From Bdellovibrio sp. (GTDB taxonomy: Bacteria > Bdellovibrionota > Bdellovibrionia > Bdellovibrionales > Bdellovibrionaceae): 17,625 nucleotides of DNA. How positions within the stretch are numbered: position 1 is the stretch's first letter; the number at the start of each line of letters is the position of its first letter. The notes beneath the pieces are model-generated. The model made no database searches, was not told the origin of the DNA, and saw only the letters and a list, made by a program, of their open reading frames with translations. Positions 14,793 through 17,625 of the stretch are shown piece by piece. Location: contig JBKCUU010000092.1 in the NCBI GenBank assembly GCA_046318155.1, positions 1 to 17,625 on the forward strand. The letters run 5' to 3'. The translations under genes were made by a program, and so were the position numbers.

Positions 14793-16235
14793 ATGTCACA
14801 AAAGTCTCCAAAAAAGTATCCACTGATTATCCAGGGCGGTATGGGTATCGGTGTTTCGAACTGGATTCTGGCCCGTAAAGTTGCCCAGCAGGGTGAAATG
14901 GGCGTGGTCTCGGGGACCTGTATGAACTCGGTGCTGATCCGTCGGCTTCAAGACGGTGACGAAGGTGGGCACTGCCGCCGGGCACTGGCTGCTTTTCCTG
15001 TTCCCGAAATCGCCGAGACTTTGATGAAGCGGTATTTTTTGCCTGAAGGCCGCGGGGGCAAACCTTATAAGCGTAGCCCCATGTTTGCTTTTAAGTACAC
15101 CAAAGATTTAGTTCATATGACGGTGGCTGCCAATTTTGTCGAAGTTTTTTTAGCCAAAGAAGGACATGACGGGCCCGTCGGAATTAATCTTTTAGAAAAG
15201 GTGATTCTTCCCAATATGCCGAGCCTCTATGGCGCGATGCTTGCGGGCGTCGATTACGTTTTGATGGGCGCCGGCATCCCGCGTGAAATTCCGGGTGTGC
15301 TGGATCATTTAGCTCAGCATCAAGAGGCCAGCCAAAAGCTTCCGGTTGATGGAGCGACGCCTGAAGATGATTTTCGCATTCGCTTCAATCCCGCTGAATT
15401 TTTTAATTGCGCCGATTGGTCTCCGCTCAATCGACCTTTGTTTTTGCCGATTGTTTCATCGGCTGTCTTGGCTCTGAATCTGATGAGGAAATCCACCGGC
15501 AAGGTGGATGGCTTTGTGATCGAGCATTGGACCGCAGGCGGGCACAACGCGCCTCCGCGCGGGCAGATGCAAATCGATGAAAAGGGCGAGCCCGTGTATG
15601 GCGTTCGCGATGACGTTGATTTTTCGAAGTGTGTCGAAATGGGGCTGCCGTTTTGGCTTGCGGGCTCTTGCGGGACACCCCAAAAAGTTAAAGAGGCTTT
15701 GGCCTTGGGCGCGACCGGCGTGCAAGTCGGAACGGCCTTTGCGTTTGCCGATGAGTCGGGTTTAAGCCCATTTGCAAAGTCCTCCGTGCTCGAGTCCGTT
15801 TGGAAAAACGAGCCGCTCAAAGTTTTTACCGATCCTTTGGCTTCGCCCAGCGGGTTTCCTTTTAAAGTGGTGATGAAATCTGACACGCTTTGGGAGGAAG
15901 AAGTTTATCAAGCGCGTCCGCGTAAGTGTGATTTGGGTTATCTGCGCACGGCGTACAAAACCGAAACGGGTGATGTGGGTCTTCGCTGTGCGGCCGAGCC
16001 CATCGATGCCTACTTAAAAAAAGGCGGCTTGCTCCAAGAGACCAAGGGCCGCAAGTGCCTGTGTAATGGTTTGTTCGCAGGGATTGGCCAAGGTCAGGAT
16101 CAAGAAAGCGGCTACCACGAAGCCGAGATCATGACCGCGGGTGATGATATCGTCAATTTGAAGCGATTCTTGAAGACGAGCCCGTCTTATTCCGCCGTTG
16201 ATGTCATCAAAGACCTGCGCTCAGGCGCTCAGTGA
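14793..16235 (+). CDS. Nitronate monooxygenase / 2-nitropropane dioxygenase / FabK-like FMN enzyme with 4-Cys C-terminal region
   Basis: PLIIQGGMGIGVS, MGAGIP, AGGHN, GVQVGTAF..ADESG and SPSGFPF, followed by CDLGYLR...RCAAEP...CLCN. Confidence 0.88.
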   Translation: MSQKSPKKYPLIIQGGMGIGVSNWILARKVAQQGEMGVVSGTCMNSVLIRRLQDGDEGGHCRRALAAFPVPEIAETLMKRYFLPEGRGGKPYKRSPMFAFKYTKDLVHMTVAANFVEVFLAKEGHDGPVGINLLEKVILPNMPSLYGAMLAGVDYVLMGAGIPREIPGVLDHLAQHQEASQKLPVDGATPEDDFRIRFNPAEFFNCADWSPLNRPLFLPIVSSAVLALNLMRKSTGKVDGFVIEHWTAGGHNAPPRGQMQIDEKGEPVYGVRDDVDFSKCVEMGLPFWLAGSCGTPQKVKEALALGATGVQVGTAFAFADESGLSPFAKSSVLESVWKNEPLKVFTDPLASPSGFPFKVVMKSDTLWEEEVYQARPRKCDLGYLRTAYKTETGDVGLRCAAEPIDAYLKKGGLLQETKGRKCLCNGLFAGIGQGQDQESGYHEAEIMTAGDDIVNLKRFLKTSPSYSAVDVIKDLRSGAQ

Positions 16236-16354
16236 ATCTTCTTCTTTAGTCGCTCAACTTCGCGCTCAAGACGGTCAAGGCGACTGCCTTCGGCCTTCTT
16301 GCCCATGACAGCATCCTTAAGAACCTTATTCAAAAGCGATTGATAGGGTACCCT
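16229..16354 (-). pseudogene. C-terminal remnant of a BrnA/CopG-like (RHH) antitoxin
   Basis: VPYQSLLNKVL...RLDRLEREV resembles the GxxYQTxxNxxL helix. The N-terminal beta-strand/helix-1 is absent, and no toxin gene is adjacent. Confidence 0.6.
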
Positions 16355-16445
16355 GGCTTGCGAAGTCGACAACCTGCAATTCACCGGAAGTAATTGGGAC
16401 ATTAAAGATACCTGGATCAAGGAGTCATCTTCGCCGCGCCCTTTC

Positions 16446-16472
16446 TCAAGTTTTTCCTAGAATTTCCGATGA
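16446..16472 (+). promoter_or_regulatory. sigma28 (FliA) promoter TCAAGTTT-N11-TCCGATGA
   Basis: Canonical 15-bp spacing between TCAA and the -10 element, 41 nt upstream of GTG 16514. Confidence 0.7.
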
Positions 16473-16513
16473 GTTGATTGCGGGGTAATAACCGATTCCT
16501 TGAAGGGGTTGAT

Positions 16514-17500
16514 GTGATCGTTAAACATCGTTATTATGTTCTCGGCGTGATCATGATCCCGATCACAGGGCTCGTTTTGGTTTTTCAGAATTGTGGTGGT
16601 TCCTTCAAACCCCTTGAGCAGAGTTTGTCGAGCGAAAGTAGCTCGGTATCGCAAGATATGAATCTCAATACCCCAACTCTCGCGCCGACTAACAACGGAT
16701 CAGAGGTGTTGCCTCTTTTTGCTGAATCCTTGAGCGGGCAAGATTGGCTTAACTCGCCCCCTTCCTCGATCACTCCGCCCGGAAGGAACTCGATCGGTAC
16801 TGGCTTACATGATGTGTTTCCCAGCTTTATGTTCGCAAGTCCGGAAGGGCTTGCCGGGGTCGTGTCAGCTTGTGGCAGTTTTGTCTCTCAAGATCATGGG
16901 AGGTCCTTTTCTCAGTTTGATACATCACAAATCTTTGGGACCATTCGTTCGGTGGCAGCGGATCAAGGAGTTGTTTTCGTCGGTTCGGACTACGGTCTTT
17001 TTCGCTCGCGGGACGGCGGAAAGACGTTCACTCAAGTCTTGAATTCAAAAATTGCAGAGGACGCGATCAAAGGGATGTTTCCCTGCACCGGGGTTGGCGG
17101 CTCGAAATACTTGACAGTTCGGAAAATTTCGGTCCACAGGGGCCGCCTGATATTATCAACCACGGCCGGAATGCTGGTGTCTCAAGATGGGGGCGATACT
17201 TATTCCGGCGTCCAAGTTTTTCACGAAGGTTATTTGATGGCTCCCTTATCGGCCCATAGTTTTTACCAAGATGACGAAAAAATTCTTGTTGCAAATAACT
17301 TTTATTCTCCGCCCGATGCCATACGTGTTCCCAGTGGCGGAGCCTCCGGTAGCTGCATTATGCGCCCGGTTTCGGCTTGGAAAACACGTAACTTAGGTTT
17401 GCTCGTTTCACTTGATGGCGGGAAGACGTTTAACTCAAAACCGCTGGAGGTAGCACACACTGTGCACGCTTTCGGTAATCAAATACTAGCAGGCCGGTGA
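16514..17500 (+). CDS. FQNC-type lipoprotein with four BNR/Asp-box repeats (sialidase-like/YCF48 beta-propeller), possibly C-terminally truncated
   Basis: SD GAAGGGG before GTG 16514; VFQN-C; Ser/Pro linker; Asp-boxes SQDHGRSF, SRDGGKTF, SQDGGDTY and SLDGGKTF. Confidence 0.8.
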   Translation: MIVKHRYYVLGVIMIPITGLVLVFQNCGGSFKPLEQSLSSESSSVSQDMNLNTPTLAPTNNGSEVLPLFAESLSGQDWLNSPPSSITPPGRNSIGTGLHDVFPSFMFASPEGLAGVVSACGSFVSQDHGRSFSQFDTSQIFGTIRSVAADQGVVFVGSDYGLFRSRDGGKTFTQVLNSKIAEDAIKGMFPCTGVGGSKYLTVRKISVHRGRLILSTTAGMLVSQDGGDTYSGVQVFHEGYLMAPLSAHSFYQDDEKILVANNFYSPPDAIRVPSGGASGSCIMRPVSAWKTRNLGLLVSLDGGKTFNSKPLEVAHTVHAFGNQILAGR

Positions 17501-17536
17501 AAAATCTGGCCTACGGCCGATTTTTCTGACCGGGCC
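17492..17536. repeat. Imperfect GC-rich inverted repeat overlapping the stop codon
   Basis: CCGGT-GAAAAATC-T-GGCC / TAC / GGCC-GATTTTTC-TG-ACCGG. Confidence 0.6.
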
Positions 17537-17625
17537 GTCTTCCGTACGCCTTCAGCGTGCAGAATATTTCAAAATTTTCGAATTATTTAGGATTTTATTT
17601 ATATCGAACTCGAACGATCTTGAGG

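Noticed and set aside
3498..16235. Desaturase, lgt, ceramidase and NMO as one lipid-remodelling cluster
   Set aside because: They are scattered over 12 kb in separate transcription units with unrelated genes between; there is no evidence of linkage.
17560..17625. AT-rich tail as a CRISPR leader or mobile-element end
   Set aside because: No repeats, terminal inverted repeats or adjacent cas/transposase genes are visible within the window.

Overview
A 17.6-kb, roughly 50% GC stretch of ordinary bacterial chromosome, most likely from a Bdellovibrionota (Bdellovibrio-like) predator. That assignment is inferred from the overlapping nrdR-nusB pair, the Lgt insertion, two FQNC-type lipoprotein signals, and sigma28/sigma54 promoters on secreted-protein genes. 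The left two-thirds is housekeeping and envelope: nusB (partial; missed by the ORF track), nrdR, two putative beta-barrel OMPs, an RsmB-type m5C methyltransferase, a delta-9 desaturase, lgt, hisS, a DUF3299-ABC-permease-greB operon. The right third is accessory: small secreted proteins, a stand-alone cNMP-binding protein, two FQNC lipoproteins, a CREST/alkaline ceramidase, a Cys-rich nitronate-monooxygenase/FabK-like flavoprotein, and an antitoxin remnant. I saw no RNA gene, IS, CRISPR array, phage or defence system. The most interesting signals are (1) a 7-1-7 palindrome centred exactly between the hisS and DUF3299 start codons, apparently serving two mirror-image leaderless promoters; (2) a sigma54 promoter with a paired palindromic enhancer candidate; (3) a possible link between an enlarged Lgt head domain and non-canonical FQNC lipoboxes; (4) a FabX-like Fe-S flavoenzyme candidate and a ceramidase. 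All family calls come from motif recognition by eye; no database search was run.
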